Under the pieces are notes generated by a model. The model was not told the DNA's origin, made no database searches, and saw nothing but the letters and a program-made list of their open reading frames with translations. Source: Bugula neritina (taxonomy: Eukaryota; Animalia; Bryozoa). Taken from it: 64,000 bases of DNA. Location of the stretch: contig OZ037770.1 in assembly GCA_964035545.1 (NCBI GenBank), forward strand, positions 62,001-126,000, in the 5' to 3' direction. Shown here one piece after another: positions 14,301 through 25,292 of this stretch (positions within the stretch are counted from its first letter, which is position 1; every line of letters starts with the position of its first letter). The position numbers and the translations under genes are program-made.

Positions 14301-15503
14301 GACTGAGGAGAGGTGGGGACGACTCTCTTGTTTCAAGAGATAGCACACATTAAGGATCTTATTACAGCAGGTAACGTGAGTCTGAGCTATTCATCTGCCT
14401 TTCATTTTGTTAACTTAAGTTGAAAAATGTGTGAGTCAATTAAATCTTTTGAAAAAAGAGAATATATTATGTCATCATAGCCTGTCTGCTTGTGTTTAGT
14501 TTAACTGTCTGTATACTACTCAGTGTATTATACTGTATACTACTCAGTATATTATACTCAGTATATTATACTGTATACTACTCAGTATATTATACTCAGT
14601 ATATTATACTGTATACTACTCAGTATATTATACTGTATACTACTCAGTATACTGTATACTACTCAGTATATTATACTCAGTATATTATACTGTATACTAC
14701 TCAGTATATTATACTGTATACTACTCAATATAATATACTGTATACTACTCAGTATATTATACTGAGTAGTATACAGTATAATATACTGAGTAGTATACAG
14801 TATACTACTCAGTATACTGTATACTACTCAGTATATTATACTGTATACTACTCAGTATACTGTATACTACTCAGTATATTATACTCAGTATATTATACTG
14901 TATACTACTCAATATAATATACTGTATACTACTCAGTATATTATACTCAATATATTATACTGTATACTACTCAGTATATTATACTGTATACTACTCAGTA
15001 TATTATACTCAATATATTATACTGTATACTACTCAGTATATTATACTGTATACTACTCAGTATATTATACTGTATACTACTCAGTATATTATACTGTATA
15101 CTACTCAGTATAATATACTGTATACTACTCAGTATATTATACTGTATACTACTCAGTATACTACTCAGTATATTATACTCAGTGTATTATACTGTATACT
15201 ACTCAGTATATTATACTCAGTAAACTATACAAACTGGGAGTTGCACACCCTTTAAACAGAGCAAAAGCAAAGAGGACAACTTTCAATCTGGAGCTCAAGG
15301 ACATTTACCAAGTAAAGCTACACACCCACACGCTGGACACATGACACAACCTAAAAAATCAGACCGAACATGAGGTAGTGGCTGGTGAGGGACGCACAGC
15401 AACGTACCTTAATAGTTTCCTGTATGGAGTACTGGTTATGAGAAGAGATAGGAGACGGTGTCATACCAGAAGAGTGTTTAGTTATTCCTCTGCTTGCTGC
15501 CAT
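640..15503 (-). CDS. NAV2: Neuron navigator (unc-53/sickie/NAV family), 5' portion; multi-exon, continues beyond window start
   Basis: Spliced CH domain IYTEWANHYLEKAKCQKRVENLQSDLSDGVLLSYIVQSV/TNSTLDGINYNPRNSTQM/LNNITRCIKYLEELGVLIEDLTAA/DIKEGNLKCVLGLFFNLSRYKQQQ matches the NAV N-terminal CH domain; GMLDKLFKSK resembles the NAV SMLEKLKLF motif. Phase-consistent GT-AG exons: (15408-15503 or 11150-12475), 10155-10272, 8920-8972, 7179-7251, 6890-7016, 6267-6391, 2085-2189, 1840-1976, 640-1707. The symbol denotes the family, not strict NAV2 orthology. Confidence 0.88.
2464..2720. repeat. 33-bp minisatellite starting at the candidate microexon donor
   Basis: tacacactcactatactagtactaactactaac, about 8 copies. 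Confidence 0.9.
2718..2720 (-). CDS. Candidate 3-nt microexon (GTA) in NAV
   Basis: Sense strand reads tgcctttctgtctacctctctgttcag|GTA|gtaagt: long pyrimidine tract plus AG, 3 nt, perfect donor. Confidence 0.5.
3371..3444 (-). CDS. Candidate alternative NAV exon (FSPLFAAVGIMSSTPQQGSPFGYR)
   Basis: ctaatctccag acceptor, G|gtgaga donor, 74 nt; open only as phase 2 in / phase 1 out (same phases as exon 6267-6391) or from an internal ATG. Confidence 0.4.
3712..4412. repeat. 27-bp minisatellite
   Basis: gagtatagcagtttgctaaggaatact, about 26 copies. Confidence 0.95.
5055..5757. repeat. 15-bp minisatellite
   Basis: acacagtatagtaat tandem array. Confidence 0.95.
5940..6195. repeat. 14-bp minisatellite
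   Basis: ctcactactaccta tandem array. Confidence 0.85.
6389..6860. repeat. 47-bp minisatellite containing the splice acceptor (10 copies)
   Basis: attctacaaggagagagagtattagagtagagtacagagtgagaggt; the sense strand has ctccttgtag|AAT in every unit. Confidence 0.95.
7260..7532. repeat. (AG)n-derived array (gagagaggataca)
   Basis: Visible tandem array upstream of the exon 7251 acceptor. Confidence 0.9.
8107..8342. repeat. (AGT)n microsatellite
   Basis: Long near-pure triplet run. Confidence 0.95.
9047..10175. repeat. 32-40-bp minisatellite containing the exon end and splice donor (about 32 copies)
   Basis: Sense unit TCTTACATAGTACAGTCAGTGA|GTGAGTTGTTATAC copies the last 22 nt of the CH exon plus its donor. 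Confidence 0.95.
10155..10272 (-). CDS. NAV2: NAV CH-domain exon (IYTEWANHYLEK...SYIVQSV)
   Basis: ttgcag acceptor, A|gtgagt donor; hallmark IYTDWANHYL-like motif. Confidence 0.9.
10286..10835. repeat. 9-bp array with orientation switches (cagagtata / tatactctg)
   Basis: Both orientations of the same 9-mer are interleaved around GTATAC palindromes. Confidence 0.9.
11150..12475 (-). CDS. Probable long alternative first coding exon of NAV (about 442 aa, low complexity)
   Basis: 458-aa ORF with an internal CAG|gtacca donor at phase 0 that joins ...GLQ to IYTEWAN; GC-richer, coding-like composition; in-frame QQVKDT and GHSPS repeats. Confidence 0.65.
12950..13458. repeat. 22-bp minisatellite
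   Basis: gtatacagtgttatataatata tandem array. Confidence 0.95.
13690..13885. repeat. AT-rich minisatellite of about 34 bp
   Basis: ataatataatatataatataacatagtatataac tandem array. Confidence 0.85.
14508..15222. repeat. Minisatellite of about 26 bp with an inverted block
   Basis: tactgtatactactcagtatattata units; inverted copies at about 14761-14800. Confidence 0.9.
15408..15503 (-). CDS. Probable short alternative first coding exon of NAV (MAASRGITKH...QETIK)
   Basis: ATG at 15503, 32 codons, AAG|gtacgt phase-0 donor compatible with the IYTEWAN exon. Confidence 0.55.
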
Positions 15504-16062
15504 TAGTACACTGCTAACACAAATATAATACAATATATGACACAAATATAATACAATACATGACATAATACATACCATAATATATAATATACATACAATG
15601 TACACAGAATATACATACAATGTACACAGTGTATAAACAGGATACACATAGAATATATATACAGTGAAATGTATAAGAATGGGGTTTTTGAAATTGACAA
15701 AATTTCAAATACATATAACTCTACCGCTGCTACTACTACTACTATAGTACTACTACTACTAGTACTACTACTACTACTATAGTACTACTACTACTAGTAC
15801 TACTACTACTGCCATAGTACTACTACTACTGCTACTACTGCTACTACTACTAGTACTACTATTACTACTAATCATATCACTACTTCTGCTGTTACTGCTG
15901 CTGCTGCTGCTGTCACTACCACTACTAATGGAGCTCCCACCACAGCCACTGCATGATGTATATTACATATTGACAGACTATTACCTTGTTGTGGTTAGTA
16001 TAATTGTATTTCAACATTTAGATTTAGCCAGGCATGTTTTATATCTCAATGCACATCTAGCT

Positions 16063-16357
16063 ATATATAATATATTACTCAGTGATATAATATATTACTC
16101 AGTGATATAATATATTACTCAGTGATATATTATATTACTTACTCAGTCATATAGTATATTACTTACTCAGTCATATATTATTACTTACTCAGTGATATAA
16201 TATATTACTTACTCAGTGATATAATATATTACTTACTCAGTGATATATTATATTACTTACTCAGTGATATAATATATTACTCAGTGATATAATATATTAC
16301 TTACTCAGTGATATAATATATTACTTACTCAGTCATATAATATACAACTCACTCAGT
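16063..16357. repeat. 20-24-bp minisatellite
   Basis: tattact(tact)cagtgatataata tandem array. Confidence 0.9.
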
Positions 16358-17717
16358 GAGAAGTTATACTACTGACTTAGTCACACAAGATGAGTCATAG
16401 GCCACTCTAATCAGCTGACAATCAATATTGCCATCTAACAGCTTGTTTGCTGTCATCACAGCAGTGGAATACAAGTGAAATAGGAATCTAACATATTGAT
16501 TAACTGTTACTGTGTATAATTCAAGCACCTAGCAAGTACCTAGAATGCAGCTAGCTAACGAGTACCTTAGCATGCTAGGCTCTGAGATATTACATTAATT
16601 GGTAAGGTGTGCTACTCAAGCTGCAGCGTAGCTGCACTATCTTCATTTACTGTGAATCATGAGGCAGCAATGAGGCAGCAGGCTAATGGCAGCCACCCAC
16701 TAGATTGAAGCACTGAGAGCTCAACATCTCTACCACTGATTATGATTCATTAGCAGATAAACCATAGCCAGGCTGCTGGCTCAACCCATTTCAGCAGTTT
16801 TTATAGAAAAAAAAAACGAAGTGAAGAATTAAAGAAATGAGTGTGAGAGTTGGTGTGACAGCTGGGAGAGGTGCTAGCACGTGCCAGCTTCAGTTAGTTA
16901 CTGAGTGGTCAGCCAAGTTGTAAGTTAATTAATTGTAATCAGAGCGTCAACAGTGGGTCAGGATGACATGTGGAGCGGCACAGAGTTGACTGGAGAGTAT
17001 ATATAATATGCAATGTAGTCATCACAGAGTATAATATAATAGAGGCAGGTGCATTTACTGCAGTGTAGAAGGACACATCATTCTGTTAGAACATCCTGTT
17101 GCTAAATCCCAAAGGCTTAGAGCTGGCATTAGGTCAAAAGACTAATCAAGTTCCAATAAATAAGTAGTTTACTTTAAATTTCACTAACAATGAAAACTAT
17201 TGGTTATTTGGGTGATTGGATATGATATTGATAAGATGGAGGTGAATGGTTTATGACAGGGCAGATGCAGTGAGTGTTTCAGTGCACAACCAATACACCT
17301 TCAAACAGCTATTGAGAGTAGAAATGAAATTCCTGTATAAGTTTACTTATTAAAAGGCAGGAAATGAGGAATTAGTTATATAATTTCTCCAATACTAGTT
17401 GTGAAATTGTATTTCGGTACATGGCTACACAGCAGCAAGTAATAGCACACACAGAGTAGCATGGCCCAGTTATCAGCAGCTGCCAGATGAAACAGCAGCA
17501 TGCTGTTGAAGAGGCACAGTGAATACTCATGTATTGAATAGAGAGAATTAATTAGATGGCATTAACATTCTACTAATAACCCTTCAACCAATGAAAGAGA
17601 AGAGTTGCAAGATAATCATCAGCTATTAAATAACAGACAAAGTCAAAGTACTGAAATACTAGTCAAATTCAATGATACAGCTTAGAATGAGCAATAGTAT
17701 CCAACTCCATCACTACC

Positions 17718-17976
17718 ATCTCACTACTAGTATATAGAGTGATAGTTGTAGTATCTCACTACTAGTATATAGAGTGATAGTTATAGTAGTATCTCACTAC
17801 TAGTATATAGAGTGATAGTTGTAGTATCTCACTACTAGTAAATAGAGTGTTAGTTATAGTAGTATCTCACTACTAGTATATAGAGTGTTAGTTATAGTAG
17901 TACCTCACTACTAGCAAATAGAGTGTTAGTTATAGTACCATCTCACTACTAGTAAATATAGTGATAGTTATAGTAG
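17718..17976. repeat. 35-38-bp minisatellite
   Basis: tctcactactagtatatagagtgatagttatagtagta tandem array. Confidence 0.85.
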
Positions 17977-18316
17977 CTCATAGTGAAACTCATAGTACTC
18001 AAGAAAAGTATAGCAAGTAATCATGATTTGCATAGCTCAAGAATTGATAGCATTTGCAGTTGTCATCACATGTTATTCTTGATTTGTGTGATTGAAGAGG
18101 GAGTGTTGAGATGCACACCAGACGAAACACACAACTATGCAATCAAACCAATTAAAACCTAATGGTGTATTTTAAAAGTGTAAGTGGGTTTCACATTAGA
18201 TAAAACTAGACTTGACTAATGCCTGCATGGCTGTTTTCATAGTATATACTGATAAATATATTCCCTGACATTGGGAATATATTAGTTTCATTACTTAACA
18301 GCTGACATTGACAAAT

Positions 18317-18630
18317 AACTACACTGTCACTATACTGTCACTACACTGTCACTACACTGTCACTACACTGTCACTACACTGTCACTATACTGTCACTATA
18401 CTGTCACTACACTGTCACTATACTGTCACTACACTGTCACCACACTGTCACCACACTGTCACTACACTGTCACTAAACTGTCACTATACTGTCACTAAAC
18501 TGTCACTACACTGTCACTAAACTGTCACTATACTGTCACTACACTGTCACTATACTGTCACTACACTGTCACTGTACTGTCACTGTACTGTCACTATGCT
18601 GTCACTGTACTGTCACTATGCTGTCACTAT
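18317..18630. repeat. 11-bp minisatellite
   Basis: actgtcactac tandem array. Confidence 0.9.
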
Positions 18631-20611
18631 GATGTTGCAGTTTATATAGTAAGTATATTTAGTAGCTAGCGTAACTTATTACAGCTTTAAGTATCTCAGC
18701 ACCACCAGAAGTCAAAATCATCGGTTAGCGTTGATCAGAACTGCTGTGATTGTTGAATATAATTAATAATAGGATTAATATAACAGTTATAATATTATAT
18801 TATCATAAATATTCAACTTGTTGTGGAGTTGCTAGTAATGTGAAGTGTCATATGTGTAAACTTCAAGCTTCAGAGCATCAACAAAAACTAATAGTAATAT
18901 GGAAAAATACTAATGGCACTACTAATTTATCAAACTGGTGTATTGGTAATACTAATACTAATACTAATACTAATAGTTGGTGTGATACTAATGGGTAATA
19001 GCCTATATAATTAGCGATTAAATAATTCATTGAGGCTTCACAAGATGGTATACATCAACAGTATCAGTATGAGTGTGATATAATCATGATGATCAAATCA
19101 CACTCAATAGTCAGTCAATTACTCATTTAATCTACTGAGAATGTTAGTGACTGTAGCAATACTACACTCATTCACATTGTGATTGTCAGTGTGAGCATAA
19201 ATAATACTAGTAACATTTCATAAATATATTAAGAATAATATTAATAATATTTATTATAATAACTAAAGTTTATTACATTTAATATTATTAATGTCAACTG
19301 TAACTGTGTATAAGACCAAGAGTAAGTATATCGATATGAATATCAAAATGTTGGAATAAGTTGTAATTCAATTTTCATTTTGATGAATTTAAAGCACAAA
19401 TACAATGAGGATCAGTAAGAGTATGACAAACCACAACAATCAACACAATAAGTATAACTAATAAGTATAAGTATAGCTATAAGTATAACAATTTGAATTA
19501 CAAAATGAATAACAATCACAATGCCAAGCCCAAGGTCAAACTCAATATCAGTATCACTAATGAATAGGCTCTAGCTGTGCTGCTAAAAACTAATGGCTGC
19601 GTTATATTTTGAACTAAAAGAGTAGCTTGCAAATTTTACTGTACCTTTAGAGACACTATGTTGACTAACTTGTGTATGAAAGTAAAGGGTTTAAAACTCT
19701 TCTCAATAATCAATATACGAGTACATTACTTATTACTTCCACTAATCACTTCGTCATTAAACTGATCGCACTGTTATCGTCTGCAAATGAATGAAGGGCG
19801 CACGTGGTATTTGCTGGGTTGTTTACTCACGTGGTATGCGCTTTGCGTTCTGACTGGGTAAACAGAACGTAGAAACCATACACTATAAAGACAACTCCGA
19901 AAAATCTGCACCAGATTATTTTGTTCGATTGTATTAGAAGTTTTTAGAACTATAACGGCTTATTTCAAAAATATGAATTCCTTAATTCACAAACATTGAA
20001 GTACTACTAGCCAGCTGGTAGACCTGGACTCACTACTATCTAGAAATGCGAAGAGTTAGTGTACCTGACGTTATAGAATGAGTGCACAATAACATGACAA
20101 GAGCTCATAATGCAATTAGCAGAAAATCATGCTCCATTTTCAATAGCAGAAAGTCATTGGGCACTGAATGGTAGGCAGTTGTAAGACAGACTGACAGTGG
20201 TGCATATAGACTGACAGTGGTGGATGCAGGCAGACAGTGGTGGATAAAGATTTATAGTACGTAGCAAATAACAAATGATTAAATAACATAATACATATGA
20301 AGTATATTTACTCATTTAATAAAAAAAGATTGCAACATACATTATAATTGCCAATGTAATGTTAAAGATAGCAATTAAAGCAGAAAAAGTAACTATTTAG
20401 TGTAAAGTATAAAAGACATTATGTTAGTGAATATGTACAATATGAGAGTTTATCACCACCTATATGCATGCAGCTCTCCTAACACAGCTCTAGTATTGAC
20501 TGTAATAAAGGGAAGACAACTATAATAATATATAAACTGTAGTATGTACATCATATGAGTGACTAAAAGGAGACTCCTATACAACATGTCTCAGATATTC
20601 ACAGTACTCCA

Positions 20612-20732
20612 CTAGCCCAGCTGTAGCAGAGGTGAGATTAGCCCAGCTGTACCAGAGGTGAGACTAGCCCAGCTGTACCAGAGGTGAAATTATCCCAGCT
20701 GTATCAGAGGTGAGATTAGCCCAGCTGTACCA
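20612..20732. repeat. 26-bp tandem repeat (about 5 copies)
   Basis: agcccagctgtaccagaggtgagatt. Confidence 0.85.
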
Positions 20733-20824
20733 AAGCATCAGCTGGAAACTCCTGAGAGGTGAAACCCTGAGTAACTTCTTCCTCGGTTATTCTGTGGGCA
20801 GCACTAAAATATATATATATATAT

Positions 20825-23800
20825 AATATATACTCTATATAGTGTTAGTATATACAATATATTCTATATATAGTGTTAGTATATACAATACATACTCTAT
20901 ATAGTGTTAGTATATACAATATATACTCTATATAGTGTTAGTATATACAATATATTCTATATATAGTGTTAGTATATACAATACATACTCTATATAGTGT
21001 TAGTATATACAATATATGTGACCTCCCACCACAAAACAGGGAACGTTGGTCAGTTTTTCAAAATTGAGTTATTAGTATAGAGTTAAAGAGCAGATCTTTG
21101 CAATCATTTTGCAATTTATTTGAAGTCTCTAGTGCAAATAGAACTCGAGATATTGATATTCAAAAGCCTTGGCGTTTTTAAAACAGTCAATTTACGTTTT
21201 TGAGAAATTCGCTTTTAAAGTAAGGAGGTCTGGAATAATTTATGGATTATTTGTTTACATTTGTCAAGCCATAGCAACGGGCCTTTTTATTCTAGCAAAC
21301 TGGACAAATTTGGTATCAAAACATTTGTTTAAGTATGGGCTTTCAGCTCAACTAGTTTTTACGTTTCCTAAACAAAAAATTAGGTCAAAGATGGCCGCCA
21401 AACTTGTTGTAACTTTATTTTCCCGAATAGCTATTAAATTGTGATAACAGTTGAAAATTTTGCTACTTTCAGCACATAAAAGGACCTTTAAGCACTTTTT
21501 TGCACCGACATTCATTTGAACCAACTATGCTAACTAGGTGTCGTATGAAACAAAATGGCAGCCATTTCCTGTTTTACATTTGCTATTTCCTTAATTATTA
21601 ATATCTCATGTAACATGTCCAACTGTAGCTATTGAGCCATGCCATTCGATAGTATCATTTGTTTCATGCGTAAAAATCATATAAGAGAATCATTCAACTA
21701 TTATGATATTATACAAAATTTATTCAGTCATACAGTTACAATGTAGAGTGATCAAAAGTTACACATAGGGAATCAGTTGAGATATTGAGTATCCATACAA
21801 GAAAATAAGGTATAAGTTATTTTTAATCTTCAAATCAATTATTATAAACAGATAAAAGTGTAGAAATTCAGCATAAATGAAACTTAAATTAATTCATATA
21901 GCAGAAAGACTGCTTAGGTGGTTCGTATGGTCTCTGAATCTATGTCCTTGTTCTTCATAGCGTGAGTTTATAGAGTATAAGCACATAACCAAGAGCTTAA
22001 TTGCTGCTACAAACGATATTCCAGTATTCAAAGTTAATAGATGCTGCTACTATAAATCTACCCTGTTCATCTATAGCCACTTAGACCTGCAAATATAATA
22101 TTAAACTTATTTTTAGATTATAAAAGAGAATAATAGTGCATTAGAAATTAAATCTGGCTATATAATGTAATTGTTTTAACACCATTTAACTACTACATTA
22201 CAGCAGCTAATAATTATTGAGCAGTTTCTCAACATTTAAGTTTATAGCGAGTTTGAAGGCACATTTGCAAACTAGTTATTTATAAAATTTTTGAGCATAA
22301 TGAAATACTAGACACCTTTTTTCGAGTAAAGTTAGCAGAAGCTATAAGCTTGCAAGCGGTAGCCCTCCAAATGCAGGGAGTCCGGATCACAAGTGTAAGA
22401 ATGATAGGTTATATGCAGCATGCTCTTGAGCTGTATAGGCAACATACCAAACAGCACCTCATCAACAAGTTCCATCATGTTGCCCTCACATCTTCACTTT
22501 CCTAAAATGAAAATAATGTTATATTCCTGAATAATAATCATGATGTAGTAATAATAATATTTTCTTTTCCTATTGCCATCAAAAATTAAGTCATTTGAAT
22601 ATTTAGCATGTTTGAATCTGCAGTACTAAAGCAATGAGCTTGTATTTGAAAAATAAAACAACTAACTAATCAATATACTATTTAACATTCAATTCAAAGT
22701 GAGTAGACAGAGCTAGCCAAGTAGCAACAAAACCTACTAAATATAGCTACTGCAAAACCAATTTAAATTCAATTATTTACTTAAATATAAATAAATATAA
22801 TAAATAAATCAGCATAAGTAGTTGTAGTACTCAAATTCTATTTTGAAACTGGAAAGTCTTGCATGATAAAAGTGACGTATTCTAATAGTCATAGATAACT
22901 ATAAGATTTAAACTAAGGGTAGCTGTAAGTGTTAGGCTGACAGTGACTAACAACAACTGACTTGATTTTGACATCATTATTATTGTTTCACTCTTAAAGA
23001 TCTTAATCACTGTTATTATGAATATTATTCTTATACTTGAACTTATTCAAATTGAATCACATTCGATATTTCAGTATGAGTATAGATTATGTTAAATAAT
23101 AATATTCATATTCAATATAAAAGTGGCGCTCCGCTGACTGTGGACCAGTTAACATGCCCAGACTTAAAATTTCTATAAATAATCAATATGAAAATGAACA
23201 TTTAATACTATGAACTTCAAGTTAATGATAATAATAATATAATATTCAATAAGATTATCACAAGAACTAACTGAAAGAATTACTAATAGTATTAGTGTAA
23301 TACTGAACCCTATTTAATAGTATTATCAATGTGAGTATGAGCATTTAATTTTGAATAAAAATAAAACACTCAATACTAAAAATTTCAAGTTAAAAATATC
23401 ATCTTTTTAGCATCAGCTGTTAAAAATGAAAGTCAAGAAAGCATTTGATCTACGTAGGCTAGAGTAAATCACTAGATCAAAATGAAAATGTAATACTATT
23501 ATTATTTATTAATACAAATAACTTAATAAGTATATAACTCGGATTGATCATAATATTTTAATCATGATTATTAATATTATTATTATTATTAAATTCAACA
23601 ACTACAACATTAGAAGTAGAAGTATAACTTTAACTATAAGTATAAGTTAATAACTATTAGTAAATTATATAATTATTTAGTAGCGTAAATGAGCTATTTT
23701 CAGTATAATTACCTGCTTTGTAGTGATTTAATCATAAAATCCAAAGATAAAGATCAATATTAAACTACAGCTAAGGAAATTAGTTGCATTAAAAGCTAAC

Positions 23801-25268
23801 TTAATCTTTGCAGCCAGCGCCAAAAACAGCTAATACTAAACTAAGTTTCAAAAGTAGGCTTCCTATCATGCGAGGAGAATGCAAGAGCTACCTTTATTAA
23901 ACAAAAAATTGTTTGTAGGATTCCGCGCTATGTAATGTTTTAATTTCATTTTCGTAATAGTAATGATAACTCCGAGTCAACTTGACTACGATCCGCCATT
24001 TTGAAAAAATATTTAATGCATAGTTACCAACTTTAGAGTTGATTTTGAGGTTGAAGGAATTAGCAAATGCTTGCGAAAATATGATATTTGAAATCCTTGA
24101 GTTTTTCTGTATAAGAAAAGTTTAAAATTTAAAGACTGGCAAAAAATTTCAATTTTTGGTTTTTCAAAATTTAACCTTCATTTACTACACTTCATGAATG
24201 CCGCCAAGTTCCCGGTTTTGTCGCGATGGGTCACATATGCTCTATATAGTGTTAGTATATACAATATATACTCTATATAGTGTTAGTATATACAATATTA
24301 TATACTCTATATAGTGTTAGTATATACAATATATACTCTATATAGTGTTAGTATATATAATATATACTCTATATAGTGTTAGTATATACAATATATACTC
24401 TATATAGTGTTAGTATATACAATATATACACTATATAGTGTTAGTATATATAATATATACTCTATATAGTGTTAGTATATACAATACATACTCTATATAG
24501 TGTTAGTATATACAATATATACTCTATATAGTGTTAGTATATATAATATATACTCTATATAGTGTTAGTATATACAATATATACTCTATATAGTGTTAGT
24601 ATATACAATATATACACTATATAGTGTTAGTATATATAATATATACTCTATATAGTGTTAGTATATACAATACATACTCTATATAGTGTTAGTATATACA
24701 ATATATACTCTATATAGTGTTAGTATATACAATATTATATACTCTATATAGTGTTAGTATATACAATATATGCTCTATATAGTGTTAGTATATAATATAT
24801 ACTCTATATAGTGTTAGTATATACAATATATACTCTATATAGTGTTAGTATATACAATATTATATACTCTATATAGTGTTAGTATATACAATATATACTC
24901 TATATAGTGTTAGTATATATAATATATACTCTATATAGTGTTAGTATATACAATATATACTCTATATAGTGTTAGTATATACAATATATACTCTATATAG
25001 TGTTAGTATATACAATATATACTCTATATAGTGTTAGTATATACAATATATACACTATATAGTGTTAGTATATATAATATATACTCTATATAGTGTTAGT
25101 ATATATAATATATACTCTATATAGTGTTAGTATATACAATATATACTCTATATAGTGTTAGTATATACAATATATACTCTATATAGTGTTAGTATATATA
25201 ATATATACTCTATATAGTGTCAGTATATACAATACATACTCTATATAGTGTTAGTATATACAATATAT
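20825..25268. repeat. 31-bp satellite (20825-21016 and 24236-25268) split by the DNA transposon
   Basis: ctctatatagtgttagtatatacaatatata on both sides of the element; begins about 25 nt downstream of the MADF stop codon. Confidence 0.95.
21017..24235. mobile_element. Non-autonomous or decayed TIR DNA transposon, superfamily unassigned
   Basis: Imperfect TIRs: TGTGACCtcccaccACAAAACaGGGAACgTTGG versus the reverse complement of the right end TGTGACCcatcgcgACAAAACcGGGAAC-TTGG; interrupts a 31-bp satellite that resumes in register, with an apparent TA duplication; no intact ORF. Confidence 0.8.
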
Positions 25269-25292
25269 TCCACATTTTCTTGTAACAAAACC

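Noticed and set aside
19720-19985. CpG-richer patch with two CACGTG E-boxes
   Set aside because: Could be a NAV promoter or an old transposon fragment; neither a TSS nor termini can be supported from sequence alone.
21169-21444. 91-aa ORF inside the TIR element as a transposase
   Set aside because: TTG start, short, no DDE or other recognisable motif.
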